A DNA stretch of 64,000 bases from the IMG/VR virus record IMGVR_UViG_3300048881_000780; one strand, 5' to 3'. The notes under the pieces were generated by a model. It saw only the letters and a list, made by a program, of their open reading frames with translations. It was not told where the DNA came from and did no database searches. The first letter of the stretch is position 1. Every line of letters begins with the position of its first letter. This DNA is from a virus. Its lineage: Duplodnaviria > Caudoviricetes. Both the position numbers and the translations under genes were made by a program. This document shows positions 29,037 through 38,664 of this stretch, piece after piece.

Positions 29037-29663
29037 TTAGGCCACTGCTTTATTCCCAGTACAACTACTACATATTCCATCAGTCATAGAACTCTCCAAT
29101 CCCTTAGTATTGCACTCGTCACACTCTGAAACCCTTCTCTCTCCAATTATTTTCAAACAATCTCCACTGAAATCAAAGCAAACATAGATATTACCTAGTG
29201 TTTTATGAAAACTGTGATGAACTGGATATCTCTTTACCAGCGAGTGTAGCACAGATACGATCTCAGTATTTTCAGTAATAGTGTACAATCCTTCATCATT
29301 ATCTAATACTTTTGAGATACTATAAGAGAATTCAGATAGCGCTGAGTCTCCATCTAAAACTTTTTGACATGCATCAATAATTTTTTCACCCTTTTCTAGT
29401 TCATGACTAATTTCGCACATCTCTCTGGCGCTTGAAATTAGCCCCTGGAGTACTTCTAACTTAGTTCCATCTAAGATATCACTATCATCGATTTGAACCT
29501 CGTAAACGCTCTTTGTTGCATACTCATAAGCAAGTAGCCAGTTAGAAGTTAGATAGATCCCCTCACCTTCAACTCTTTTGAGTGTTTCCACTCTTTCGCA
29601 ATATTCTGCCTTGTAAACCAACTTTTTTAATCCAGATTTACTGGATCCATGAAAAACTTCCAT
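29037..29663 (-). CDS. putative ADP-ribosyltransferase-fold protein with C-terminal zinc ribbon
   Basis: start moved to MEVFHGS (GGAGG RBS); GEGIYLT..AYEYA; CDEC..CSSC. Confidence 0.5.
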   Translation of the reverse strand: MEVFHGSSKSGLKKLVYKAEYCERVETLKRVEGEGIYLTSNWLLAYEYATKSVYEVQIDDSDILDGTKLEVLQGLISSAREMCEISHELEKGEKIIDACQKVLDGDSALSEFSYSISKVLDNDEGLYTITENTEIVSVLHSLVKRYPVHHSFHKTLGNIYVCFDFSGDCLKIIGERRVSECDECNTKGLESSMTDGICSSCTGNKAVA

Positions 29664-29743
29664 AATTACCTCCAAAATACATATCGTAAATATCCAATAA
29701 AAGGGGAAAATATGAAAAAATGAGCACTTAGTTAAAATATTTA

Positions 29744-29772
29744 TTGACATGACACGTTAACTAATATATTAT
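29744..29772 (+). promoter_or_regulatory. sigma70 promoter with palindromic operator
   Basis: TTGACA-N17-TATTAT; TTGAC-ATGACAC-GTTAA. Confidence 0.75.
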
Positions 29773-29778
29773 TTAATT

Positions 29779-30070
29779 AACAAAGGGTTCAACTCTAACC
29801 GCCAAGATGGCCAGCTTAGGAATCCAACTGTTAATATTCCAAATAGCTTCTAAGTATTAGAGGTAATGTTCAGGAAGAACGACTAGGAAGGAATAATTAA
29901 GAGGGAAAGTTTGTGATTAAATTAGACTTCTTTTAGAACTTTAATTTGTCAAAAACAAATCATTACATTAAGTGATGTCTCGCGTTTGAAAATTTGCTAA
30001 TGTCTCAACATCTCCTCGCTTCGTTTGAGCATATGACAATTGAATAACTAAAGATTTTCCTCTTGTTTTT
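29779..30070 (+). ncRNA. candidate structured ncRNA
   Basis: strong promoter, no ORF, several hairpins, long-range stem 29899/30064 followed by a U-tract. Confidence 0.35.
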
Positions 30071-31828
30071 TTATCTAAATACCATCTTACATTCTGTTAT
30101 TTTTATTTCAGCTGAAGTGTAGGCCCCTTCTGCGGCCCATCCACCTGTGTGAATGTAGAAGTAAATCCCCCAGTTCTTCGAGTCTAGTTGCCTTATAATC
30201 GAGTGAGTTGGCCAACTTCTTCCAACTGGATGTTGAGGAATGACTGATCCTCCCATAATGCATTTTTGCTGATGAACATGGGCCGTCTCCGTCATATTTG
30301 AGTAAATCCAGTTATGTGTCCACACCTGATCTAATATCGTGATATTCTCTGCCGAATCAAACTTGTAATTGTATATTCTTCCAGCATGAGGTTGACACTC
30401 ATCACCACTACAGGTTGGTTGAGCAACGTAACCTGAGTAGGTAACTCTTTTTTGATTTTCTTTTATGTAAAATATTAAAGAATTTCCGTCTCTACCCATT
30501 TCATCAACAGCTGTAACTTTAATCTCTATTTTTTCAGAGGGATATCTTCTGCGACAAAATCTAGATGTTGAAGTTGAGTACTCTCCCGTTATTTGACCAT
30601 CGTTATCAATAATAGGTAGTCCTAAGCAATTATCTAATGGTGTCGCTAGTTTAAATTCGGAATTTCCATCTTCAAAATGTTTGACGTGATCAATTCTAAC
30701 AGTAGCACCTGGAGTGAGAGTAAATTCCGGTAAATAGAAGTACTGACCACTTGGTGATTCGAATGCGGCGCCTTCACTATCTAGAGAATACAATTTATTC
30801 ACTGTTGTACTGGCATTGTGAGAGAGCTTTATTTCCGCGGGAGTGACTCCCGAATTAAACCATTCATTACATACATTGGAGTGACCCTTTTCTAGAAGAT
30901 CATCTTCAGAAACTCTAATTACCTGATCAAAGTATGACCCAGAGTCTCTTAGTACTAATTCTCCTATTGAAAGCTCTTCATCTGAATAAAAGTCTGTACA
31001 TAGATTTTCATCACAAGTGAAATTACTTGGTCCTTTTGAGTGTACAAACTCCAGACCTGTGGTAGAAAAATTTTCAAAGCTATATCCAGTATATGTTGGA
31101 GACAATGACGCTCCCTCCATAGATGTTTTTTCATATATACCTGAACAACACTGTCTAGATCTGTGAAAGAATCTACAATTAATTTCTTTAGTCCTCTTTA
31201 TGCACATCCTTTGCCTAAGCTCTCCTCCACACTTTCTTCTTGAAGGATTTCTGGTAACATTGAACGTTGTATCATCTGTCTCAACGTACCCGAAGGGACA
31301 GCTAAATTTATTCGCTTCTAACCATAGAGAATCATCATCATTACAGACATCTCTACCAGTTGAGTTAAAATAGTTTCTAGCATCCTCTCCGTAAACGCCA
31401 CTTGAAAAATTTTGAGCGCAAATATCGGAACTATTCTTTCCAGGTACTCTTTGTAATCCCGACATCTTAATATCGACATTCTTGAGTATATTTGAAATCA
31501 GAGTAAAGCTGGATGCATCCTCATTTACTTTTGTCGGTGAGAAATCAACAGAAATATTTATATCATTATCAGCTGAGTAGAGCTTTGTTCTAAGGTTTGT
31601 TTTATAAGATTCTGGTAGCATCTTAAAGAAAATATTCTTATCTTCTCCCTCCATATTACCTGATATCGTGGCCGTAAAATTGCTACCATTATTTGAAATA
31701 TTTGGAGTATAGTCGTAAGGATAGTAACAAAATACTCCTTCGCAATTCACTTCAATTTCAATAGGAGGACTCTCCTCTTGGGCGAAAATATTCAACTGTA
31801 ATAATATTAATAAGATAACAATTCTCAT
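30071..31828 (-). CDS. secreted cysteine-rich protein
   Basis: signal peptide; many paired Cys; 585 aa. Confidence 0.65.
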   Translation of the reverse strand: MRIVILLILLQLNIFAQEESPPIEIEVNCEGVFCYYPYDYTPNISNNGSNFTATISGNMEGEDKNIFFKMLPESYKTNLRTKLYSADNDINISVDFSPTKVNEDASSFTLISNILKNVDIKMSGLQRVPGKNSSDICAQNFSSGVYGEDARNYFNSTGRDVCNDDDSLWLEANKFSCPFGYVETDDTTFNVTRNPSRRKCGGELRQRMCIKRTKEINCRFFHRSRQCCSGIYEKTSMEGASLSPTYTGYSFENFSTTGLEFVHSKGPSNFTCDENLCTDFYSDEELSIGELVLRDSGSYFDQVIRVSEDDLLEKGHSNVCNEWFNSGVTPAEIKLSHNASTTVNKLYSLDSEGAAFESPSGQYFYLPEFTLTPGATVRIDHVKHFEDGNSEFKLATPLDNCLGLPIIDNDGQITGEYSTSTSRFCRRRYPSEKIEIKVTAVDEMGRDGNSLIFYIKENQKRVTYSGYVAQPTCSGDECQPHAGRIYNYKFDSAENITILDQVWTHNWIYSNMTETAHVHQQKCIMGGSVIPQHPVGRSWPTHSIIRQLDSKNWGIYFYIHTGGWAAEGAYTSAEIKITECKMVFR

Positions 31829-31924
31829 ATAACTATTATAAATCTTCTTTTAGTGATTTATTGAATTTTAAGTCTCTATCACCTAGGCCTAGGATATAAT
31901 AGATTTATCAGAAGTTGAGGTTAT

Positions 31925-32800
31925 ATGAAAGAAGTTGCGTTTGTTGTAAATTTAGAGTCTACTCCTGGCGTTAGTGGGTCTCATTACCTATTGTTTGAAA
32001 TTGATATTATGGATTTAGCAAATATTGAAGAATCTAATAATGTCTGCCATATGAAAATACCTTTAAAGAGAGCAAAGTTTATACAGAGCTCTCCCGGAAT
32101 CGATTATATCTTAAATATATCAAGTAGATCATATATAGCTAAATCTGATTTAGCTTACGAAGACTACCCTGCTAGCTCAGTAGTAAAAGAAGGGTTAGAA
32201 AGTAGTTTCGTTTTAGTTGTTGATCAATTTAACTGCAAAATTGAAGATATTAATAAACCTGGCTTTCCTATTACTCGTCGGTTTTTTACTGGAAATATAA
32301 TTAAATATCTAAATCCTGATAATACTCCTCTTTGTAGTAAATTTGACTTTGGAAAAGCTATGATCCGCTATGGAGAATACGAGGGTTATATTGTAGATAC
32401 CAATGGCTATAATGCTGAAGGTGATTATTATCAAGTACTCTTCTTGAATGACACTACAGAACGTATAAAAAGATCAAATTTGATTAGAGATGACTATCTT
32501 TGCATAATGAATAGAAGTCGATGGATCAAAAGATTTAATTATCTACATGCCCCCAAAAATAATGAGAATGAAGGACCTGGAATCATTCTATATGGAGATC
32601 GAGCTGGCGAAGTTGTTAAAGTGATAGATTCAGGATTCATAAAGAATAACAATATTCAAGAACCTGTGTATATAGTTGAGGACGAGGGAGATACTAACCT
32701 CTTTTATCCTGCTAACTGGATACATATTTGTGATGAATTGAGTTTTTCGACTGAATCGGGCTTTTTCTCTAATGAGATTAATTATGAAAAGGATGATTAG
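31925..32800 (+). CDS. hypothetical protein, possible C-terminal SH3/Tudor-like barrels
   Basis: GAGG RBS; YEGYIVD..YQVLF and GEVVKVI..YIVE patterns. Confidence 0.55.
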   Translation: MKEVAFVVNLESTPGVSGSHYLLFEIDIMDLANIEESNNVCHMKIPLKRAKFIQSSPGIDYILNISSRSYIAKSDLAYEDYPASSVVKEGLESSFVLVVDQFNCKIEDINKPGFPITRRFFTGNIIKYLNPDNTPLCSKFDFGKAMIRYGEYEGYIVDTNGYNAEGDYYQVLFLNDTTERIKRSNLIRDDYLCIMNRSRWIKRFNYLHAPKNNENEGPGIILYGDRAGEVVKVIDSGFIKNNNIQEPVYIVEDEGDTNLFYPANWIHICDELSFSTESGFFSNEINYEKDD

Positions 32801-33134
32801 GGGTATTTTACTATTTCTAATTTCAATTAATCTATATGCTATAGATTGGTCAATTGATATTGCCGTAAATAATAAGAGAGAAAAGAGGGTATCACTTAAA
32901 GATCGAAAGATGTCATTTAAGATAAAGGGAATGCCCTGGAGTTGTGATATTAGCGAAACAACTAAAGAGCAAGAGAATTTGTATGAATTTAAAATACTAA
33001 AGTGTTCAAATGGAGATAGCTCATTCTTTATTGATTTGGTTTGTTTAAAAAAAGAAAACTTCGAAGATATGAGATCTGGCGCAATAAAGTATAAGAATCG
33101 CAAGGTTGTTATGGCCTTGCGATGTGAAAATTGA
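32784..33134 (+). CDS. secreted hypothetical protein
   Basis: signal peptide ending NLYA. Confidence 0.55.
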   Translation: MKRMIRGILLFLISINLYAIDWSIDIAVNNKREKRVSLKDRKMSFKIKGMPWSCDISETTKEQENLYEFKILKCSNGDSSFFIDLVCLKKENFEDMRSGAIKYKNRKVVMALRCEN

Positions 33135-33135
33135 C

Positions 33136-33540
33136 CTATTGTAAAATTGTCACTGGGATTTCATCTTTAGGAGCATCGGCATCATAGGTTGCTTTACCAA
33201 ACCCGCTAGAAAACATTACTCGAAGATGGTCCACCTCTTCATTTGAAGTTAAAACTTCAATCCCTTCAATTGTTCCAGAACCCTCAATGAGAACTTCTTC
33301 AAATCTAATCTCCTCTCCCCCTAATTCTAAGATAACAACGTCCAGAGTCTTGAATTCGACCCCTTCATTTACTTTTAAGTTATCTAAGGTACCTTTAGGT
33401 GCGATAATTTCAATTTCAGAAATTAAAAGATTTACGTCAAATTTAAATACCTCGTTACTATTTTGACACTCAAAAACATCATTTGTTTTCGATTCATCAA
33501 GTTTATAAATGGTACTAATCTTTGCTTTACTTAAGTTCAT
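33136..33540 (-). CDS. hypothetical acidic protein
   Basis: start moved to MNLSKAK after AAGGA RBS and CGATAAG element. Confidence 0.6.
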   Translation of the reverse strand: MNLSKAKISTIYKLDESKTNDVFECQNSNEVFKFDVNLLISEIEIIAPKGTLDNLKVNEGVEFKTLDVVILELGGEEIRFEEVLIEGSGTIEGIEVLTSNEEVDHLRVMFSSGFGKATYDADAPKDEIPVTILQ

Positions 33541-33643
33541 ATTAAATCCTTTATAACTCTTATCGTAACCAAAGCCCTTTAACTCTCTCATCGTCTTAAA
33601 TTAATTTATAATTTAACAAATAGCGTTATTTTTTAATTTAAAA

Positions 33644-33652
33644 GCCGATAAG
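33644..33652 (+). promoter_or_regulatory. sigma28 (FliA)-like -10 element (representative of ten)
   Basis: GCCGATAAG 18 nt upstream of ATG 33671. Confidence 0.6.
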
Positions 33653-33670
33653 ATTAATGATGGAGGATAT

Positions 33671-34105
33671 ATGAAAGTTAAATTTTTTAATGTCATGAAT
33701 ACAGAGGTTATAAAAGAAGGTAAAGTTAGACGTGAGATACTAGAAAATATCTTCAAATTAGGTGATCACAACCTTCTAGAGGATGCAGCGGGCTCTATTG
33801 GTGAGACTCTCATTGTAATGGAAGAAGATAGAGATGAGCATATTAAAAATATCCTATCTAAAGCTAAACTTGATATCGACGTTGATTTTGAAGTTGAATT
33901 GAATATTACGAACTCTTTGGCATCATCTTTTGCGTGTGACTTAAACTATATTGAACTTAGAATTAGTGCTCCAATGGATGATTTAACTATTTACTGTGAT
34001 GAAAAGACAAATAAAGTGCTATTTGATTCAATTTACGATTACTGTAAGGAAATTGCTCTAAATTGTGATGATTTTGCGGATAAATACTCTGAAATGGCAT
34101 CTTAG
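33671..34105 (+). CDS. hypothetical acidic protein
   Basis: GGAGG RBS. Confidence 0.6.
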   Translation: MKVKFFNVMNTEVIKEGKVRREILENIFKLGDHNLLEDAAGSIGETLIVMEEDRDEHIKNILSKAKLDIDVDFEVELNITNSLASSFACDLNYIELRISAPMDDLTIYCDEKTNKVLFDSIYDYCKEIALNCDDFADKYSEMAS

Positions 34106-34638
34106 GTGCCATTGCAGACTTTATTTGTCTCACTTAGCATATTTTTATGAATCTTTAAATTCCACTTCTTTTTAACTGCAATCCATTTTTTCATAAATTT
34201 ACAAGCATAAGACCTGTCTAGTGGTAGCCACTCCCTAGGTGTTCTATCACTTTTTGATCTATTTATTTTAAGGTGAGTAACTACTAGATTATCGGGATCA
34301 TTTGCAAATTGAACCCTTTTCTTCTTGCTCCAGCTCATAGCACCAGTAAGATAGGCTTCTTTTAGAGGTACTACGTGGTCGATATCGATTTTCTTAGCTA
34401 TGTAGATAGTCTTACCATCATAGAAGTCAACCCATTTACCAGTGTTAACCTTACAGCCCTTTTTCATCATTTTTACAGGTACTAGCGATTTGTCGATTAA
34501 TACTTCATGGCGCGTATTTTGACAGTCTTTATCAAAATCTTTCCAGTGACCAAAATGAGTGGATCTCTTGTACTTGGCCTCAACGTGAGTTATAGCAAAT
34601 AATGCTAATATAAGGAGTAATCTTACTAATATTTTCAT
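34102..34638 (-). CDS. secreted HNH-family nuclease (DUF1524-like)
   Basis: signal peptide; IDIDHVVPL, FANDPDNL, NRSKSD, WLP. Confidence 0.85.
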   Translation of the reverse strand: MKILVRLLLILALFAITHVEAKYKRSTHFGHWKDFDKDCQNTRHEVLIDKSLVPVKMMKKGCKVNTGKWVDFYDGKTIYIAKKIDIDHVVPLKEAYLTGAMSWSKKKRVQFANDPDNLVVTHLKINRSKSDRTPREWLPLDRSYACKFMKKWIAVKKKWNLKIHKNMLSETNKVCNGT

Positions 34639-34678
34639 GAACTCGCCTTTGTTGAGTTAATAGTATAGCACCAATAAG

Positions 34679-34924
34679 TTAGATATCTGTAGATAGAATT
34701 GTTGAAATCGATATTCCCAGTGGCCTAGCTAGTGCCGCGGCCACTTCTTTAGTAATGGCAAGCTCACCCGTTTCGTATTTAGATATTAAAGTAGCCTCGA
34801 TTTGAGTTTTCATTTCTAGTGATTTGAGACTTAAATTAAGAGCTTCTCTTCTTGAGCGAATTATATCACCAGGGATTCTGTTGGGTATGAAGTCATTTAT
34901 CATCTCTTTCCAATTTTCACTCAT
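34679..34924 (-). CDS. XRE-family HTH regulator
   Basis: PGDIIRSRREALNLS..ISKYETG..AAALARPLG. Confidence 0.8.
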   Translation of the reverse strand: MSENWKEMINDFIPNRIPGDIIRSRREALNLSLKSLEMKTQIEATLISKYETGELAITKEVAAALARPLGISISTILSTDI

Positions 34925-34939
34925 TTTAAAACCTTGGGA

Positions 34940-35182
34940 TTACTTAAAATCAACTTCCGTCATGTTAGCAACAGACTTCACTAATAGATATGCCTTCTCA
35001 TCGTCAAACTCATTAAAGGTTTGATCTCTCTTTTCTTTAGATTCGAAACAAGGAGAGACTCCACCAGAGAATCCTTCAAAGTAGGCAACCATATTGATTT
35101 TATACATACCGTCTTCCATTTCTTTAAAGAATAAGACTTCAACCTTATCTTCGCCGACAGTGAAAGTTTTAATATTTTTCAT
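34940..35182 (-). CDS. hypothetical protein
   Basis: AAGGA RBS, 80 aa. Confidence 0.55.
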   Translation of the reverse strand: MKNIKTFTVGEDKVEVLFFKEMEDGMYKINMVAYFEGFSGGVSPCFESKEKRDQTFNEFDDEKAYLLVKSVANMTEVDFK

Positions 35183-35312
35183 TTCTTCTTCCTTTATTTG
35201 TTTTAATAGGAATTGGCACTAATTGAGGTTTTTTAAATGATTTAATTAGAGAATCTACTCCATCTCGGACTTCTTTAATAAATTCTCTAATTTTATTCTT
35301 TAAGTTCTTCAT
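35169..35312 (-). CDS. 47-aa small protein not in ORF track
   Basis: GAGGTG RBS; MKNLKNKIREFIKEVRDGVDSLIKSFKKPQLVPIPIKTNKGRRNEKY; overlaps next start. Confidence 0.6.
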   Translation of the reverse strand: MKNLKNKIREFIKEVRDGVDSLIKSFKKPQLVPIPIKTNKGRRNEKY

Positions 35313-35359
35313 ATGTACCCACCTCAAGAATAACACACTTACCGCATCGTGTCAAAATA

Positions 35360-35689
35360 TTAAATAAACTCTCTCTCAGTTGCATTACTATCTTTAATAA
35401 AATCAGCAGTATCATTAATTAGATTAAATGCTCTTCTGACCCAATCTTTAGACCCTTGAATTCCTATATATGAAGCATAGGCCTCTTCATTTCTCTTTTG
35501 ACCGTTGTACATGGTGCCAGTAATGGGGTTAGAGCCTGTAACAAGGTAATTACCTTCCTCACCTTCAAAAATGAAACCACAGGCATCCTCATCTCTTCTG
35601 GGAGTATTTCCAAGCTCAAGAATAGAGAGAATCATTAGAAAATCCTCTTTACTTTTAAAATCAGTTAAATCAAATCCTGCTTCGTACAT
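35360..35689 (-). CDS. hypothetical protein
   Basis: AAGGA RBS, operator-like site upstream. Confidence 0.6.
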   Translation of the reverse strand: MYEAGFDLTDFKSKEDFLMILSILELGNTPRRDEDACGFIFEGEEGNYLVTGSNPITGTMYNGQKRNEEAYASYIGIQGSKDWVRRAFNLINDTADFIKDSNATEREFI

Positions 35690-35808
35690 ATTTAATCCTT
35701 TTTCTTAACACTATACGTTATTTTGTTAAAGTTTATCTATCTTTCTTCCGTTATTAGTTATAAGCTCTGTGGTTTAGGGACTTATCACTTTTTTCTACCT
35801 CGAGGGAA

Positions 35809-36246
35809 TTAGCTCTCGAGGTAGTTTTTAAAAAAGACCAGTTCTTCATAATTTCTATGATCAAGCTTGGCCTCATTAACTAGATCTGAAATAGATTCAT
35901 TGAATCTCTTCTTCATTTGAGTGAAATCTTGAGGACTTAAGATATTCTCATTCCCTCTAATGATAGATGCCATATCTTTACAGATGTCACAGTACATAGT
36001 TTTCCCGTAATCATGAGTTTGATCTATTATTTCAGATAGTTTTTCAGATTCATTTTCAAGTTTGTAGGATAAGTTTACTCGCTCTTTTCGGAGATCTACG
36101 AGCTCCTCAATTAGAAAGTGATTCCCAATCATTGGAGAACCTTTCTTTTTTAAAGTATTATCTACTCGTTGCTTTTCTTCATGTAGCTCTTTAGAAGTTT
36201 GAATATTCTCTGCCACTTTCTTAATTAGTGCTCGTAGTTTTTCCAC
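35809..36246 (-). CDS. hypothetical helical protein
   Basis: AGGAG RBS with GTG start. Confidence 0.55.
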   Translation of the reverse strand: MEKLRALIKKVAENIQTSKELHEEKQRVDNTLKKKGSPMIGNHFLIEELVDLRKERVNLSYKLENESEKLSEIIDQTHDYGKTMYCDICKDMASIIRGNENILSPQDFTQMKKRFNESISDLVNEAKLDHRNYEELVFFKNYLES

Positions 36247-36255
36247 AGGACTCTC

Positions 36256-36687
36256 CTATTGAAATTTCTTTAAGTTATTACTCTTTTCAACGACTTCATT
36301 AAGTGGTTTTAGTGCGACGTAATCGTGACAAGCTTCTTCAACTTTAACTAGTCCTGACATTGCGTTTTGAAACTCTCTTTGATTCTTTCTAAGTTCATTA
36401 ATATTTGAAATATCAATTTCTTTAACCATAGCTCCATGTAAATCCTTCATTGCTTCCAAGTAGATTTGTCTAGGATCATTTGTTCCATTCTCAATGCTGG
36501 ACTCAAGACTAATTACAAATTCTGCGAAATCTCTAGCTAAATCCTTTTTTTCAGCAAGAAGTTGGCCTAGAGTTGAATGAGTTGCTCCAAGTTGCATTTT
36601 ATTTTTTCTCAGTGCGTAAACCTCGCTCATTTCATTCATTAAATCCACAACGTCGTTTAAAACTGCACACATTTTTTCAATATTCAT
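36256..36687 (-). CDS. hypothetical helical protein
   Basis: GGGAG RBS; CGATAAG element and palindrome upstream. Confidence 0.6.
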   Translation of the reverse strand: MNIEKMCAVLNDVVDLMNEMSEVYALRKNKMQLGATHSTLGQLLAEKKDLARDFAEFVISLESSIENGTNDPRQIYLEAMKDLHGAMVKEIDISNINELRKNQREFQNAMSGLVKVEEACHDYVALKPLNEVVEKSNNLKKFQ

Positions 36688-36808
36688 AATATCTCCCTTT
36701 TTATCACTTATCGTAATCTTAACACAATGCGGTAAAATATAAACTAGTCCGAGTTTTCAAGGGGTTATATTGTAATGAGATTAAAAAAATGCCTAAAAGA
36801 CAAGGCAA

Positions 36809-37489
36809 TTAATGATTTTCAATGATATTAAAAATATCTTCTTTGCCTATATATGGCATTATTCCAATTTTTGAAATATCGTGCTTTAGATAGTCATCCA
36901 ATAATTCTTTATCTCGAGATGTTGCAGACTCTAGTAGGTAGATATTCTTATCTCTTTCTGAGTCTTCTTGAGCTAATTCATCTACTCTTTGAAAAACTTT
37001 TGTTTTAATACTCAAATAATCTTTTAAAAGTTCTGATAAATTAGCTAATCGTTTAGCAGTTTTCTCGCCACTAAAGCATATTTGATCGAGAGATATATAA
37101 GAAGACCTGGAGAGCTTATCTAGTCCAATAGAATATAGAGTATGCGCAGGAAGTGAGATTCTGTGAGTAAATTTTAAAGTCTTAGTGCCATTTGATGATC
37201 TCTTCGAGAAATCTTTAGTTTGTGATACAAAGGGCCAACTCTGTGTCGGAGATAGACCTAATTTCATCCTCAAGGCCAGAGAGTAACAATCTATAATACA
37301 ACTCATTCTATCATCTTCATATTTTTTTGAGGACTTTGCCTTTTTAAAAATATCTGCATTTAAATTAACTTTTATGTTTAATACCCAGTCTAGAGGAGTT
37401 GCACAGTAAGCACTATCTGGACTCAAGGAACCAGAAAGAGTTAAGTCATCAGTGCTAATAGAGAAGTCTTTACTACCAAAAGTCATCAT
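36809..37489 (-). CDS. hypothetical protein
   Basis: 226 aa; TAAA-N15-AACGATAA upstream. Confidence 0.6.
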   Translation of the reverse strand: MMTFGSKDFSISTDDLTLSGSLSPDSAYCATPLDWVLNIKVNLNADIFKKAKSSKKYEDDRMSCIIDCYSLALRMKLGLSPTQSWPFVSQTKDFSKRSSNGTKTLKFTHRISLPAHTLYSIGLDKLSRSSYISLDQICFSGEKTAKRLANLSELLKDYLSIKTKVFQRVDELAQEDSERDKNIYLLESATSRDKELLDDYLKHDISKIGIMPYIGKEDIFNIIENH

Positions 37490-37578
37490 ATAATCATCCT
37501 TTAATTACTTATCGTTAAAACTTTACAAATATTTACAAAGTAAACACAAAGCGTTAAAATATATCTAAGGAGATTTCA

Positions 37579-37785
37579 ATGAAAAAACACTTTGTCGTTT
37601 CAGACAGAAAGAATGGAAAGAGGATGTTTATTACTCCAAAAGGTCGAAGATCTCTCGATATAAAGAAGGCGCGTACCTTTAACAGTAGAGATGAGTGTCA
37701 CATTATAAGTAGTGAATTGAAGCTAAAATTGGTCAAAGTTCAATGTGTTGACAAGGATTTTAGGCCACTCGATATGAATTCATAA
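37579..37785 (+). CDS. small basic hypothetical protein
   Basis: AAGGAG RBS, palindrome upstream. Confidence 0.55.
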   Translation: MKKHFVVSDRKNGKRMFITPKGRRSLDIKKARTFNSRDECHIISSELKLKLVKVQCVDKDFRPLDMNS

Positions 37786-37998
37786 ATTTTATAAATAAAA
37801 TAAATTAACAGAGATAGTTAAGAATTAAATAAAATCAATTAAGAAATATAAAGATTTCTTTAGTTAAGACGCCAAGCTTAATAATTTTTATTTCCAGACT
37901 TGGGTCATACCCATCGCCCAAATCGCTATTTATCACTAATCTATACAATATTTAGACATTTCTTTGCATTTTAATAATTTCTCTCTTAAAGTTATCTT

Positions 37999-38664
37999 AT
38001 GGAGAGAATTTTATTTATTGATGATAACCAAGATGATCTAGATTATTACTATGATTTTCTTTGCGATCACTACTTAGTTGACCTTGAGAGAGAAGCTGCC
38101 TGCTTTGAGGACTACCTAAGGGAAAATATTTATCAGGCCATAATTATTGATGTTCACAATGGAATAATGAGTGGTTTTGAAGTGAGAGAAGATATTCTCT
38201 CTTCTAATTATTATAACGACTGCCCCATTATATTTAAAACATCTTATGATAGTGACGAGAATATTGAAAAGGGTCTGAGCTCTAATTGTGAATATATCAC
38301 ACCAGAAATGAAACCAGATCAAATTAGATTAAGAATAAAAAATCAAATTGATTCCCATCCTGTTAAATACTTTGGTGGGCTTAGATTTGATGTTCTAAGA
38401 AATGAGTTTAATTTCACAAAGAAAGAAATGAAGTTAACTCCCACCGAATTTAATATTATTAGACTTCTTTTTATGAATAGCTTTTCAATCTCTAAGGAAC
38501 TTCTTATTGAATCGATTTGGCCCAATGATAAAAATATAACTGAAGACCGAGTTCACACTCACGTCTCAAACACTAGAAATAAAATTGATAAATTCAATAT
38601 TCAAATAAAGTCCAATAAAGAAGAGGGGTATTATCTTGAACTTATTCAAGACGGGAAAAACTGA
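37999..38664 (+). CDS. OmpR-type response regulator
   Basis: ILFIDDN, IIIDV receiver domain; LTPTEF..ISKELL..IW..HVSNTRNKI winged helix. Confidence 0.9.
   Translation: MERILFIDDNQDDLDYYYDFLCDHYLVDLEREAACFEDYLRENIYQAIIIDVHNGIMSGFEVREDILSSNYYNDCPIIFKTSYDSDENIEKGLSSNCEYITPEMKPDQIRLRIKNQIDSHPVKYFGGLRFDVLRNEFNFTKKEMKLTPTEFNIIRLLFMNSFSISKELLIESIWPNDKNITEDRVHTHVSNTRNKIDKFNIQIKSNKEEGYYLELIQDGKN

Noticed and set aside
29783-29804. GGGTTCAACTC..CGCCA resembling a tRNA/tmRNA T-arm and CCA end
   Set aside because: T-stem does not pair beyond two bases and no acceptor, D or anticodon arms can be built.
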